From Microcoleus sp. (GTDB taxonomy: Bacteria > Cyanobacteriota > Cyanobacteriia > Cyanobacteriales > Microcoleaceae): DNA of 64,000 nt. Location of the stretch: positions 192,001 through 256,000 of the forward strand of contig JAYFMW010000017.1 in the NCBI GenBank assembly GCA_042408215.1, written 5' to 3'. The translations under genes were made by a program, and so were the position numbers. Under the pieces are notes generated by a model. That model was not told the DNA's origin and did not search any database. It saw only the letters and a list, made by a program, of their open reading frames with translations. This document shows positions 39,434 through 49,178 of the stretch, piece after piece; within the stretch, counting starts at the first letter, position 1, and the number at the start of each line of letters is the position of its first letter.

Positions 39434-39566
39434 AGTAAGTGCCTATTCTGATTGTAGATAAATCTATTGATGGTAGGTCAGACAGCTAGTAACTGTCTAT
39501 TTAAGTTTTACAGACGATCGCCCTTTAGTTTTCGAGGCCGGAGGGCGATCGCTCTTTACATCTACA

Positions 39567-39596
39567 ATTATACGACGCAACTGCATCAACTGTCAA
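39567..39596 (-). promoter_or_regulatory. Sigma70 promoter TTGACA-N18-TATAAT with an operator-like dyad in the spacer
   Basis: Exact consensus hexamers; related copies at 40158-40187, 41060-41089 and 41390-41419. Confidence 0.8.
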
Positions 39597-39598
39597 GC

Positions 39599-39811
39599 AT
39601 GGGTTTAGTCAGGCTAAAAATTCGGGAACTAGCGGCGGAGAAGGGCTGGACGCTTAAGGAAGTATCCGATCGCTCTGGGGTCATTTATAGCACCGTTAGA
39701 AGCTATGCTCGTCGTCCTGAAATGGCAATGGTTGACTTTACTTGCCTGCGGAGGTTAGCTCGAACCTTTGATGTGATGATTGAGGATTTGGTTGAGGTTT
39801 TGGAAGAATAG
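39599..39811 (+). CDS. XRE/Cro-C1 HTH regulator 1
   Basis: MGLVRLKIRELAAEKGWTLKEVSDRSGV...LARTFDVMIEDL; start set by paralog alignment. Confidence 0.9.
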   Translation: MGLVRLKIRELAAEKGWTLKEVSDRSGVIYSTVRSYARRPEMAMVDFTCLRRLARTFDVMIEDLVEVLEE

Positions 39812-39889
39812 GCCGATCGCCCTTAAGTATTCTTGGTCAAAATAATTTATCTTTACAAAAACACTACGCAATTGCATGAATTGTCAAGC

Positions 39890-40102
39890 ATGGGTCTAGT
39901 AAGAATTAAAGTCAGAGAACTAGCCGCCGAGAAAGGCTGGACATTTAAGGAAGTTTCAGAACGTTCTGGGGTTGTCTACAACACAGTCAAGCATTATGCT
40001 CGTTGTCCAGGACTGACAACGGTTGACTTTACTTTGTTGCGGAAATTAGCTCGCACTTTTGACGTGATGATTGAGGATTTGGTTGAGGTTTTGGAGGAGT
40101 AG
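39890..40102 (+). CDS. XRE HTH regulator 2
   Basis: Paralog of 39599-39811. Confidence 0.9.
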   Translation: MGLVRIKVRELAAEKGWTFKEVSERSGVVYNTVKHYARCPGLTTVDFTLLRKLARTFDVMIEDLVEVLEE

Positions 40103-40193
40103 CCGATCGCCCTTAAGTTGTCAAGACGTGAGGCGATCGCTTTTTCAGATATCCAATATTAAACGACAGCATATTGTCATTTGTCAAGTAAGT

Positions 40194-40412
40194 ATGAGCA
40201 AAGGCTTAGTGAGGTTGCGGATTCGGGAGTTTGCAGACCAGAATGGCTGGACACTTAAGGAAGTTTCCGATCGATCGGGCATTGGTTACAGCACCATCAG
40301 AAACTATGCCCAATGTCAAGGCATGACAACCGTTAATTTCGCCTACTTACAAAGGTTGGCCCGCATTTTTGACATCAGGATTGAGGATTTGGTTGAGGTT
40401 TTGGAGGAATAG
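40194..40412 (+). CDS. XRE HTH regulator 3
   Basis: MSKGLVRLRIREFADQNGWTLKEVSDRSG; paralog. Confidence 0.9.
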   Translation: MSKGLVRLRIREFADQNGWTLKEVSDRSGIGYSTIRNYAQCQGMTTVNFAYLQRLARIFDIRIEDLVEVLEE

Positions 40413-40455
40413 GGCGATCGACCTTTCGGATTGTGATAGAGTGACGCTCGCATAT

Positions 40456-40926
40456 TCAAAAATTTTCCCGCCAATATTTTTCATATACATAAGCATCTCG
40501 CAGTTGTTGCAATGCTGTTTCTGAGAACAGGGATTTCACTACAGCTACCAAGAGGCCCCATGCAAGCTGTTTATCCGCAGTAGTAGCGTTTTTGAATTGA
40601 TGGGTATAAAACTGTGTCCAAAAATCAGGTGCTTTTTTGCCTTTCCAGCGTTTGTACCATCTGCCAAAATCTTGAAGCTTTGGTGATTCTACTCCTAAAA
40701 TTGGGGGAAAATCGGCATAGCTGACAAACCGACTGATTCCTTTGGCGTGCACGTAAACCATGTGGCGACAGCATTCGATCCGGTAAATTTGGTCTGTTGA
40801 GATATTGAACAGCAGTGCAACTGTTTCTTCTGTGACAAATCTTGCCAGCGGATGAAGGATTGGGGACTTGTGGAGAATTTTTGAGCTGGCGAGGGTGCTT
40901 GATTTTAGCTGGAATGATGCTATCAT
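40456..40926 (-). CDS. Hypothetical protein, paralog A2
   Basis: SPILHPLARFVTEETVALLFNIS, RFVSYADFPP shared with A1. Confidence 0.85.
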   Translation of the reverse strand: MIASFQLKSSTLASSKILHKSPILHPLARFVTEETVALLFNISTDQIYRIECCRHMVYVHAKGISRFVSYADFPPILGVESPKLQDFGRWYKRWKGKKAPDFWTQFYTHQFKNATTADKQLAWGLLVAVVKSLFSETALQQLRDAYVYEKYWRENF

Positions 40927-40996
40927 GGTAAGTCAGACAGCTAGTAACTGTCTATTTAAGATGGTAAGTCAGACAGCTAGTAACTGTCTATTTAAG
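40925..40996. repeat. Perfect 36-bp tandem duplication containing an AGACAG-N7-CTGTCT hairpin
   Basis: atggtaagtcagacagctagtaactgtctatttaag twice; third copy with 1 mismatch at 39470-39505. Confidence 0.95.
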
Positions 40997-41161
40997 TTTT
41001 GAAGGCATCGCCCTTAAGTTGTCTAGACCGAGGGCGGTGGCTTTTTTGTGAACTCCTACATAATATCATGATGAACTGTAGTTAGTCAAAACTTTTTGTA
41101 CTTAATCTGACTGATGATGCTAACATCAAGGAAAGTTGTTATTAATAGTTGATTATTCTTC

Positions 41162-41356
41162 GTGGCAAAAACTAATACGGCGATCGCGGTCAGTTCCGCG
41201 ATTAAGGAAGTCATTCAAAAACAAGCCCTAGCGACCAGACTCACCCAGAAGGAAGTCGTGTATTTGGGAATGCTGGCAATTGATGCGCTCGACAAGGAAA
41301 GTCGCCAAGAGTTGGCCGATAAGGTGCATCTGATGCAGGTTAATGGTGACATTTGA
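41162..41356 (+). CDS. Small putative ribbon-helix-helix protein 1
   Basis: Beta-strand TAIAVS then two helices; paralog at 41508; GTG start. Confidence 0.7.
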   Translation: MAKTNTAIAVSSAIKEVIQKQALATRLTQKEVVYLGMLAIDALDKESRQELADKVHLMQVNGDI

Positions 41357-41507
41357 GGGGTTGAGGTCGATCGCCCTTTCCACATTTCCACTATAAACCG
41401 TTTTGTTTCGTCTTGTCAAGACGCGCTTAAGCATTTTGCATCGCAGCTAAAAACTCAGCTTAAAGGTGCTAAGATTTAGTCGAAGTTGTTAATCTCCCGT
41501 TATTTTT

Positions 41508-41702
41508 GTGACTAGAGCTAGTACCGCGATCGGAGTCAGCCCAATTATCAAAGATCTCGTGCAGAAAAAGGCGCTAGCAACCCGACTAACGCTGAAGGAA
41601 ATCATCTATGTCGGAATGCTGGCGATCGAGGAATTGGACGAAAAGCGCCTGCAAGAATTGGCTGACAAGGTGCATCAGATGCAAGTAAATGGCGAGATTT
41701 GA
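41508..41702 (+). CDS. Small putative ribbon-helix-helix protein 2
   Basis: Paralog of 41162-41356. Confidence 0.7.
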   Translation: MTRASTAIGVSPIIKDLVQKKALATRLTLKEIIYVGMLAIEELDEKRLQELADKVHQMQVNGEI

Positions 41703-41749
41703 GGGGTTGAGGGCGATCGCACTTCTCAAAACTTCAAGAACTGGCGAGC

Positions 41750-42286
41750 TTAGCTTCTTGATTGCTTGTATGCTCTTAGCCAATTTAAACCGCGCTTAGC
41801 ACCTAGTTTTTTCTGCATATCTTCCAGAGAACTGTAAACACGATTATTGCGGATCAGCTTTGCGTATCCATCTTTAACTCCAGGGATTGAGGTAAGGTCA
41901 GATTTTGGATTGTTAATAAAATCCAAAAAATCTGTAACGTCTTGAGGCTCAACAACCCTTTCATTCAGCTTTGACTGCAAAACAGCTTGTTCAATAGCCT
42001 TTTCTGCTTCTGGTTGTTTAGCTGCAATGACAAACACCCACATCCTGACTAGATTGGCTGCTTTACCTGCTTCATAGATTGGTAAACCTGTTAACAAATG
42101 GTATTTATCTTCTTGATCGGTGAGACAAACAATAGGCAGAGACAGGTTAAATTTCCAATCTATTAGAGATTGGGAAACTTTTGTGAGGATTGAGCTTGAC
42201 GTGCCTGACTTTTCTTGAGCAACTTCTATCTGATTTAAGACTACAAGAGAAGGTTGGCTCTCAATTTTTTTGTAAAAGTTGACCAT
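41750..42286 (-). CDS. ParB-like N-domain plus helix-hairpin-helix protein
   Basis: LPIVC...YHLLTG (degenerate ParB box); DLTSIPGVKDGYAKLI..R.YSSLED (ComEA-like HhH). Confidence 0.6.
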   Translation of the reverse strand: MVNFYKKIESQPSLVVLNQIEVAQEKSGTSSSILTKVSQSLIDWKFNLSLPIVCLTDQEDKYHLLTGLPIYEAGKAANLVRMWVFVIAAKQPEAEKAIEQAVLQSKLNERVVEPQDVTDFLDFINNPKSDLTSIPGVKDGYAKLIRNNRVYSSLEDMQKKLGAKRGLNWLRAYKQSRS

Positions 42287-42287
42287 A

Positions 42288-43646
42288 TTACTTACTGCTA
42301 TTCCTTTCTAAGTGATCTATTTGGTTGACGATTTGTTTGGTCAAAGTTGAAAATTGTTTTGCTACACTACTCGCTGTTTTATTCTGCTCAGCAAATAAAG
42401 AAAGAGGTTGGCGAGCATGAGAAGCTTGACCAACAACGGTAGTTCGCTTTATCTCTGGAAGAAGAGGAATATCTTTAAATACCTTAGAAACTAAAGATTT
42501 TATAGTAGTGTGTAGATTGACATTTTCAACCATCATAGGAATTATTCCTAAGATATTTCCTCTCCTACCGTTGGTATCATCGTGAATCTCTTCTGCATTT
42601 TTTATGGGTCTCCTAATTGCATATACTGAGAAATACTCCATTTGCGAAGGTATAATAATATACTGAGCAGCAAGGAGACCGTTCTGACTAACAGCAGTCA
42701 AGCTAGGTGGCGTATCAATAATTACATAGTCATATTCTTTTGACAAACCCGTTTTTCTCAGGGCATTGTCGAGCTTTTTATTGCAATATAAACCCAAACT
42801 TAAGATACTACTATCGGTTGTTTGGTAGCTGCTTGGGAGAACATCTATTTTACCATTAGCCTGATTAGGGAGACTTAATATTTTGTTCAAAGCTGAAGGT
42901 TTAATATATTCATTAGGTTTAAATCCAGGTTGATCGTATTCTCTGAGAAAATTTATCAATTCTTTTCGTTCCTTCAAAGAATCTAATATTTGCACGAACT
43001 CTTTCAAATTTGTAGCATTATCTAACTCATCAGCTTTATTAACTCCCAAAGATAGACTAGCATTAGCTTGCTCATCCAAATCAACAACTAAAACTCTATT
43101 ACCTATTTTGGCTAATTCATAAGCGATATTAACGACTAACGTGGTTTTGCCAACTCCACCCTTAGCTGTGTAAATTGCAATTGTACGCATTTTAACTGTA
43201 TCCAAAAAATTTCTAACGAAATTTGCTACTGGTTGAACTTGCTCTGGGTTTTCTATATTGTGCTTACACTTTAGAGTCGCGGCTCCTTGTGTATATTCGT
43301 AAATCTCCACCGAAAATGGGTCAATCAGTATCCCAAATCTTGTATTAGAGTATTTCAGATACGTTTCTAACTGAATGCGAGCTTCCGCATCAAGTCTAGT
43401 TTTAGCTGTCTTAATTTCAACCAGAAAGTTAATATAGCGACTCAAGTCTTCTATTAAGAAATCAACTTCTTTTTGAGTCCAAACTATCCGATCGTTGGCA
43501 GTCAGCCTAGGTACTTTAACCTTAAACTCTGGAATCCAGTGAGAATAACTACTCTTGCGAGGCAAACCCGCCATCTCCAGCATTGTCTGAACCAGATGCA
43601 GAGACACATAAGCCTCATTATTCCAGTCAGAAGACAGTTGAACCAT
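42288..43646 (-). CDS. PD-(D/E)XK (HsdR_N-like) nuclease fused to a ParA/Soj ATPase
   Basis: VDFL...VEIKT, QLETY; KGGVGKTT, DLDEQAN, IIDTPP. Confidence 0.85.
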   Translation of the reverse strand: MVQLSSDWNNEAYVSLHLVQTMLEMAGLPRKSSYSHWIPEFKVKVPRLTANDRIVWTQKEVDFLIEDLSRYINFLVEIKTAKTRLDAEARIQLETYLKYSNTRFGILIDPFSVEIYEYTQGAATLKCKHNIENPEQVQPVANFVRNFLDTVKMRTIAIYTAKGGVGKTTLVVNIAYELAKIGNRVLVVDLDEQANASLSLGVNKADELDNATNLKEFVQILDSLKERKELINFLREYDQPGFKPNEYIKPSALNKILSLPNQANGKIDVLPSSYQTTDSSILSLGLYCNKKLDNALRKTGLSKEYDYVIIDTPPSLTAVSQNGLLAAQYIIIPSQMEYFSVYAIRRPIKNAEEIHDDTNGRRGNILGIIPMMVENVNLHTTIKSLVSKVFKDIPLLPEIKRTTVVGQASHARQPLSLFAEQNKTASSVAKQFSTLTKQIVNQIDHLERNSSK

Positions 43647-43862
43647 GTTGAAAACTCAGGCTTTTCTCTATTATTACGCAAAAAGAGGTTTAAAGGATCG
43701 ATCGCACATTTATTCCTGCTTGACAGACTCAGCCAACCGTTTCGCATTCTCCCGCCGATGAACATTAATCGGACTGCATTTTCCTGATTCCTGATTCCTT
43801 ACATCCATTACATCCGTTACATCCGTTACAAAATCCGTTGCCGAACTTCCTTCTTCTATACG

Positions 43863-43893
43863 AAAAAATCCCCCGCCAGAAGGCAGGGGATTT
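43863..43893 (-). terminator. Intrinsic terminator of psaAB
   Basis: GC-rich stem followed by a U-tract on the minus strand. Confidence 0.8.
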
Positions 43894-43924
43894 CAATTAA
43901 TTACCTAGAAACCAGAGTTCAGAA

Positions 43925-46150
43925 TTACCCGAATTTCCCGGCCGTCGAAGCAATTACAAAGGCCGCGTAAGTGAGGACGTTGCCCACAGTAAAGTGAACT
44001 AAGCCAACCAAACGACCTTGGACGATAGAAAGAGCAACAGGCTTGTCCTTCCAGCGAACCAAGTTAGCCAAAGGAGTGCGCTCGTGAGCCCAAACCAAAG
44101 TCTCGATCAACTCTTGCCAGTAACCTCTCCAAGAGATCAGGAACATGAAACCAGTTGCCCAAACGAGGTGTCCGAATAAGAACATCCAGGCCCAGACAGA
44201 CAAGTTGTTAGTACCATACGGGTTGTAACCGTTGATCAACTGAGAAGAATACAGCCAGAGGTAATCGCGGAACCAGCCCATCAGGTAGGTAGAAGACTCA
44301 TTGAACTGAGCCACATTACCTTGCCAGATGCCTAGGTGCTTCCAGTGCCAGTAGAACGTTACCCAAGCTAGGGTGTTCAACATCCAGAATACAGACAGGT
44401 ACATCGCATCCCAAGCAGAGACGTCGCAAGTACCGCCACGGCCGGGGCCGTCGCAAGGGAAAGCATAACCGAAGTCTTTTTTGTCCGGCATCAGCTTAGA
44501 ACCGCGTGCATCCAGAGCGCCCTTGACCAAAATCAAGGTGGTGGTGTGCAAGCCTAGTGCGATCGCATGGTGAACCAAGAAATCGCCAGGTCCGATCGCC
44601 AAGAACAGAGAATTTGTACTACTGTTGATTCCTTCCAACCAGCCTGGGAGCCATGCGTTGCCGTAGTTTGGCCAAGCAGTCGCCGCAATGCTGTCAGGGT
44701 TAGAAAGTAGCACGTCCATGCCGTACAGAGCCTTCCCGTGAGCAGCTTGGATGAACTGTGCGAACACTGGTTCAATCAAGATTTGCTTTTCAGGAGTTCC
44801 GAAAGCGACTACGACGTCGTTATGAACGTACAGGCCCAGAGTGTGGAAGCCCAAGAACAGCGACACCCAGCTCAAGTGAGAGATAATCGCTTCTTTGTGC
44901 TGTAGCACGCGATCGAGCACGTTACCTTTGTTAGCTTCAGGATCGTAGTCCCGCACCAAGAAGATAGCTCCGTGGGCGAAAGCGCCGACCATGATGAATC
45001 CAGCAATGTACTGGTGGTGCGTGTACAACGCAGCCATCGTTGTGTGATCCTGCGCCATGAAAGCGTAGGGAGGCATCGAGTACATATGCTGTGCAACCAA
45101 GGATGTGATGACACCCAAAGCAGCCAAGTGCCAGCCCAATTGGAAGTGCAGCGAGTTGTTGTAGGTCTCGTAAATGCCTTGGTGAGGCATATTGAAGGGG
45201 CCTTCAACTTTCTTACCAAAGAAGTCTTTGGAATCGCACATTTCTTTGATGCTGTGACCGATACCGAAGTTAGTCCGGTACATATGACCGGCAACGATAA
45301 ACAGCACTGCGATCGCCAAGTGGTGATGAGCAATGTCAGTCAACCACAGGGATTCTGTTTGGGGGTGGAAGCCGCCCAAGAAAGTCAGAATTGCTGTTCC
45401 AGCGCCTTGGGAGGTCCCGAATACGTGGCTAGCAGCATCTGGGTTTTCGGCGTATACGCCCCAGTTACCAGTGAAGAACGGAGCCAAACCAGCCGGGTGA
45501 GGAGGGGTAGACAGGAAGTTGTCCCAACCTACGTGCTGTCCGCGAGATTCGGGGATAGCAACGTGAACCATGTGACCAGTCCAAGCCAAAGAGCTGACAC
45601 CGAACAAACCAGCCAAGTGGTGGTTGAGGCGAGATTCAGCATTTTTGAACCAAGACAAGCTGGGGCGGTACTTAGGCTGGAGGTGCAACCAACCAGCGAA
45701 CAGGAAGACAGAAGCCAGCAGTAAAAGGAAGATAGCTCCCTGATACAGGTCAGCGTTCGTCCGAATTCCTTGAGTAAACCACCAGTGGTAAACACCGGAA
45801 TAGGAGATGTCCACCGGATTGGAAGCGCCAGCTTGAGTGAAAGCCTCTACTGCTGGAGCGCCGAATTGCGGGTCCCAAATCGCGTGAGCGATCGGGCGGA
45901 CATTTAGAGGGTCTTTAATCCACTGTTCAAAGTTACCTTGCCATGCTACGTGGAACAGGCTGCCCGAAGTCCACAAGAAAATGATTGCTAGGTGGCCGAA
46001 GTGAGAAGCAAAAATCTTTTGGTAAAGATTTTCTTCGGTCATGCCATCGTGGCTTTCAAAGTCGTGTGCTGTGGCAATCCCGTACCAGATCCGCCGTGTG
46101 GTCGGGTCTTGGGCAAGGTCTTGGCTAAATTTTGGAAATTTCGTTGCCAT
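43925..46150 (-). CDS. psaB: Photosystem I core protein PsaB
   Basis: [34 protein letters not shown]. Confidence 0.99.
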   Translation of the reverse strand: MATKFPKFSQDLAQDPTTRRIWYGIATAHDFESHDGMTEENLYQKIFASHFGHLAIIFLWTSGSLFHVAWQGNFEQWIKDPLNVRPIAHAIWDPQFGAPAVEAFTQAGASNPVDISYSGVYHWWFTQGIRTNADLYQGAIFLLLLASVFLFAGWLHLQPKYRPSLSWFKNAESRLNHHLAGLFGVSSLAWTGHMVHVAIPESRGQHVGWDNFLSTPPHPAGLAPFFTGNWGVYAENPDAASHVFGTSQGAGTAILTFLGGFHPQTESLWLTDIAHHHLAIAVLFIVAGHMYRTNFGIGHSIKEMCDSKDFFGKKVEGPFNMPHQGIYETYNNSLHFQLGWHLAALGVITSLVAQHMYSMPPYAFMAQDHTTMAALYTHHQYIAGFIMVGAFAHGAIFLVRDYDPEANKGNVLDRVLQHKEAIISHLSWVSLFLGFHTLGLYVHNDVVVAFGTPEKQILIEPVFAQFIQAAHGKALYGMDVLLSNPDSIAATAWPNYGNAWLPGWLEGINSSTNSLFLAIGPGDFLVHHAIALGLHTTTLILVKGALDARGSKLMPDKKDFGYAFPCDGPGRGGTCDVSAWDAMYLSVFWMLNTLAWVTFYWHWKHLGIWQGNVAQFNESSTYLMGWFRDYLWLYSSQLINGYNPYGTNNLSVWAWMFLFGHLVWATGFMFLISWRGYWQELIETLVWAHERTPLANLVRWKDKPVALSIVQGRLVGLVHFTVGNVLTYAAFVIASTAGKFG

Positions 46151-46260
46151 AAGCCTTGATTAATCCTGAATCCTGAACAAAGTTGAAGGGATTCGGTTCG
46201 GAGTTTGGATTCGGGATTTGAGATTCCTCCCAAGTCCTGAATCCAAAACCTAGGGGTAGT

Positions 46261-48555
46261 TTACCCTACCGAAATGATTCGCGCTAGGAAGAATGCCCAC
46301 GTAGTGACAATTCCGCCCAACAGGTAGTGAGCTACACCCACAGCCCGACCCTGAATAATACTCAGAGCGCGAGGCTGAATCGAGGGAGCTACCTTGAGCT
46401 TATTGTGAGCCCAAACAATGGACTCAATCAGTTCTTGCCAGTAGCCACGGCCGCTGAACAGGAACATCAAGCTGAAGGCGAAGACGAAATGTCCAGCTAG
46501 GAACATCAGACCGTAGGCCGACAGTGCCGAACCGTAGGATTGAATTACCTGAGAAGCTTGCGCCCACAGGAAGTCCCGCAGCCAGCCGTTGATCGTGATC
46601 GCACTTTGTGCGAAATTACCACCGGTGATGTGAGAAATTGTGCCATCTGAATCGACGCTTCCCCACACGTCCGACTGCATTTTCCAGCTAAAGTGGAAAA
46701 TCACGATCGAGATGCAGTTGTACATCCAGAACAAGCCCAAGAAGACGTGATCCCAACCGGAAACTTGGCAGGTGCCGCCACGGCCAGGGCCGTCGCAAGG
46801 GAACCGGAAGCCCAAGTTGCCTTTGTCAGGAACCAAGCGAGAACTGCGTGCGAACAACACGCCCTTCAAGAGAATCAGGACTGTAACGTGAATTGTGAAA
46901 GCGTGGATGTGGTGGATCATAAAGTCCGCCGTACCCAACTCGATCGGCATCATTGCTACTTTGCCGCCCACTACTACAGCACCGCCGCCAAAAGCGTGAC
47001 TGACGATTTCCATAGCATTGGGAGCTGTGTTACCCGGAGCCAATGCGTGAATATTTTGCACCCATTGGGCAAATACTGGCCGCAATTGAATCCCGGTATC
47101 CGAGAACAAATCTTGGGGACGACCGAAAGCGCGCATCGTGTCGTTGTGAACGTACAAACCGAAGCTGTGGAAGCCCAAGAATATACAAACCCAGTTAAGG
47201 TGAGAGATGATTGCATCTCTGTGGCGGAGTACGCGGTCGAGCAAGTTATTAACGTGCTGGGCCGGATCGTAATCCCGCACCATGAAGATTGCTGCGTGAG
47301 CGGCTGCTCCAACAATCAGGAATCCGCCAATCCACATGTGGTGGGTGAACAGGGATAGCTGAGTCGGGTAGTCGGTCGCGATGTACGGATACGGAGGCAT
47401 CGCGTACATATGGTGAGCCACGATGATGCTGATCGAGCCCATCCAGGCCAAGTTCCACGACAGTTGAGCGTGCCAAGACTGCGTGAAGATTTCGTACATC
47501 CCCTTGTGGCCTTCGCCAGTGAAGGGACCTTTGTGAGCTTCCAGAACTTCTTTAAAGCTGTGGCCGATGCCCCAGTTAGTACGGTAGAAGTGACCGGCGA
47601 CGATGAACAGCACTGCCAACGCTAAGTGGTGGTGCGCTGTATCGCTCAGCCACAGACCGCCTGTGGTGGGGTTCAGACCGCCTTTGAAGGTCAGGAAGTC
47701 GGTGTAGGCGCCCCAGTTGAGGGTGAAGAAGGGCGTTAGACCTTGAGCGAAGCTAGGGTAGATGTCAGCCATCAAGCCCGGGTTCAAAAGCCACTCATGT
47801 GGCAGCGGGATATCGGCAACTGTTCTAATCAGCTTGCCACCTACTGTCAACGGTGAGCCTGCATCGATCGCGTCCATGCAAGCGTTGATCGGGAGAGCAA
47901 CGTGAATTTGTTGTCCTGCGAAACCCAAGCAGCCACAGCCAAGCAAACCTGCCAAGTGGTGGTTCATCATCGATTCCACGTTCTGGAACCATTCCAGTTT
48001 CGGAGCGCGGACGTGATAGTGGAACCAACCGGCAAACAGCATCAAAGCTGCCATTACCAATGCGCCGATCGCAGTGCAATATAGCTGGTATGAGTTAGTG
48101 ATGCCGTTGGCGCGCCACAGTTGGAACAGACCAGAAGTGATCTGAATACCGTGGAACCCGCCGCCTACATCTGCATTTAAAATTTCTTGACCAAAAATCG
48201 GCCAGACCACTTGAGCACTAGGCTTGATGGCTGTAGGATTTGTCAGCCAAGCTTCGTAATTGGAAAACTTAGCGCCGTGGAAATATGCGCCGCTTAACCA
48301 GACGAAGATTACCGCCAAATGGCCGAAGTGAGCGCTAAAGATTTTGCGCGAAACGTCTTCTAAGTCACTGGTATGACTGTCGAAGTCGTGAGCGTTAGCG
48401 TGGAGGTTCCAAATCCAAGTGGTTGTTTTTGGCCCCTTAGCTAGAGAGCGATCGAAATGTCCTGGTTTTGACCACTTCTCGAAGGAGGTTGGAACCGGAT
48501 CTTTATCGACTACTACTCTAACTTTTACCTCTCGCTCTGGAGGACTAATGGTCAT
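46261..48555 (-). CDS. psaA: Photosystem I core protein PsaA
   Basis: MTISPPERE start after [21 protein letters not shown]. Confidence 0.99.
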   Translation of the reverse strand: MTISPPEREVKVRVVVDKDPVPTSFEKWSKPGHFDRSLAKGPKTTTWIWNLHANAHDFDSHTSDLEDVSRKIFSAHFGHLAVIFVWLSGAYFHGAKFSNYEAWLTNPTAIKPSAQVVWPIFGQEILNADVGGGFHGIQITSGLFQLWRANGITNSYQLYCTAIGALVMAALMLFAGWFHYHVRAPKLEWFQNVESMMNHHLAGLLGCGCLGFAGQQIHVALPINACMDAIDAGSPLTVGGKLIRTVADIPLPHEWLLNPGLMADIYPSFAQGLTPFFTLNWGAYTDFLTFKGGLNPTTGGLWLSDTAHHHLALAVLFIVAGHFYRTNWGIGHSFKEVLEAHKGPFTGEGHKGMYEIFTQSWHAQLSWNLAWMGSISIIVAHHMYAMPPYPYIATDYPTQLSLFTHHMWIGGFLIVGAAAHAAIFMVRDYDPAQHVNNLLDRVLRHRDAIISHLNWVCIFLGFHSFGLYVHNDTMRAFGRPQDLFSDTGIQLRPVFAQWVQNIHALAPGNTAPNAMEIVSHAFGGGAVVVGGKVAMMPIELGTADFMIHHIHAFTIHVTVLILLKGVLFARSSRLVPDKGNLGFRFPCDGPGRGGTCQVSGWDHVFLGLFWMYNCISIVIFHFSWKMQSDVWGSVDSDGTISHITGGNFAQSAITINGWLRDFLWAQASQVIQSYGSALSAYGLMFLAGHFVFAFSLMFLFSGRGYWQELIESIVWAHNKLKVAPSIQPRALSIIQGRAVGVAHYLLGGIVTTWAFFLARIISVG

Positions 48556-49178
48556 GAAGACTCTCCTCTCGATAAGACAAGGAACGAGAACTGATAATGT
48601 TCGTGACACTCCCCGGGCTTTTGGTACGGGGATTCTCGGTTCACCGACACAGCTTGCATTTAACTCTTTGCAGAATCAGACACAGTTGCTGTATCTCCCC
48701 AAGCGTTTTGCTTCTTGTCAGAAGCCAGTTTCCCAGTGTCGCTGGGTACTGTCCACGGCTCTCGCCATTTGCGAGCTGTCGATCGCATCCTTTTTTTGGG
48801 GAGCTTTCGCTACTCTTGGAGAGGCAGTTTTATGGATTATAAACTTGCTAGGGCAGTATAAATCACTTGTTAACAATACTTAAAAAAGCGGAACTTCCTG
48901 ATGTATGAATGACTTGGTGTCTCATAGTCCATCGCAAAAGTCAAGGGGTATTGCCATTAAATTTACAAAACTCAAAGATCAGGTATGGAGGAATGGTGAT
49001 TTATATAGAGATGTTTCCCATAGACCAAGGAGGGAGTTATGCATAGGATCGAATTGGTGGTCGGCGATTCAGCACTCCGGGGGTCTGACCCTCCCAAATT
49101 CTCCATCGGCAATTCCTAATTAATAATTCAGTTTTGGGCTATAGTGCCCTAGGAGAAAGCTTGTAGGAGTATAGTTGC

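Noticed and set aside
39467..39598. Longer starts for the XRE ORFs (39467, 39833, 40071)
   Set aside because: The extensions run through hairpins and promoters; paralog similarity starts at the internal Met.
40925..40996. 36-bp hairpin repeat as a CRISPR array
   Set aside because: The copies abut with no spacer, there are only two plus one distant copy, and no cas genes are present.
44554..48084. Long alternative-frame and antisense ORFs within psaA/psaB
   Set aside because: Shadow ORFs produced by codon bias in highly conserved genes.
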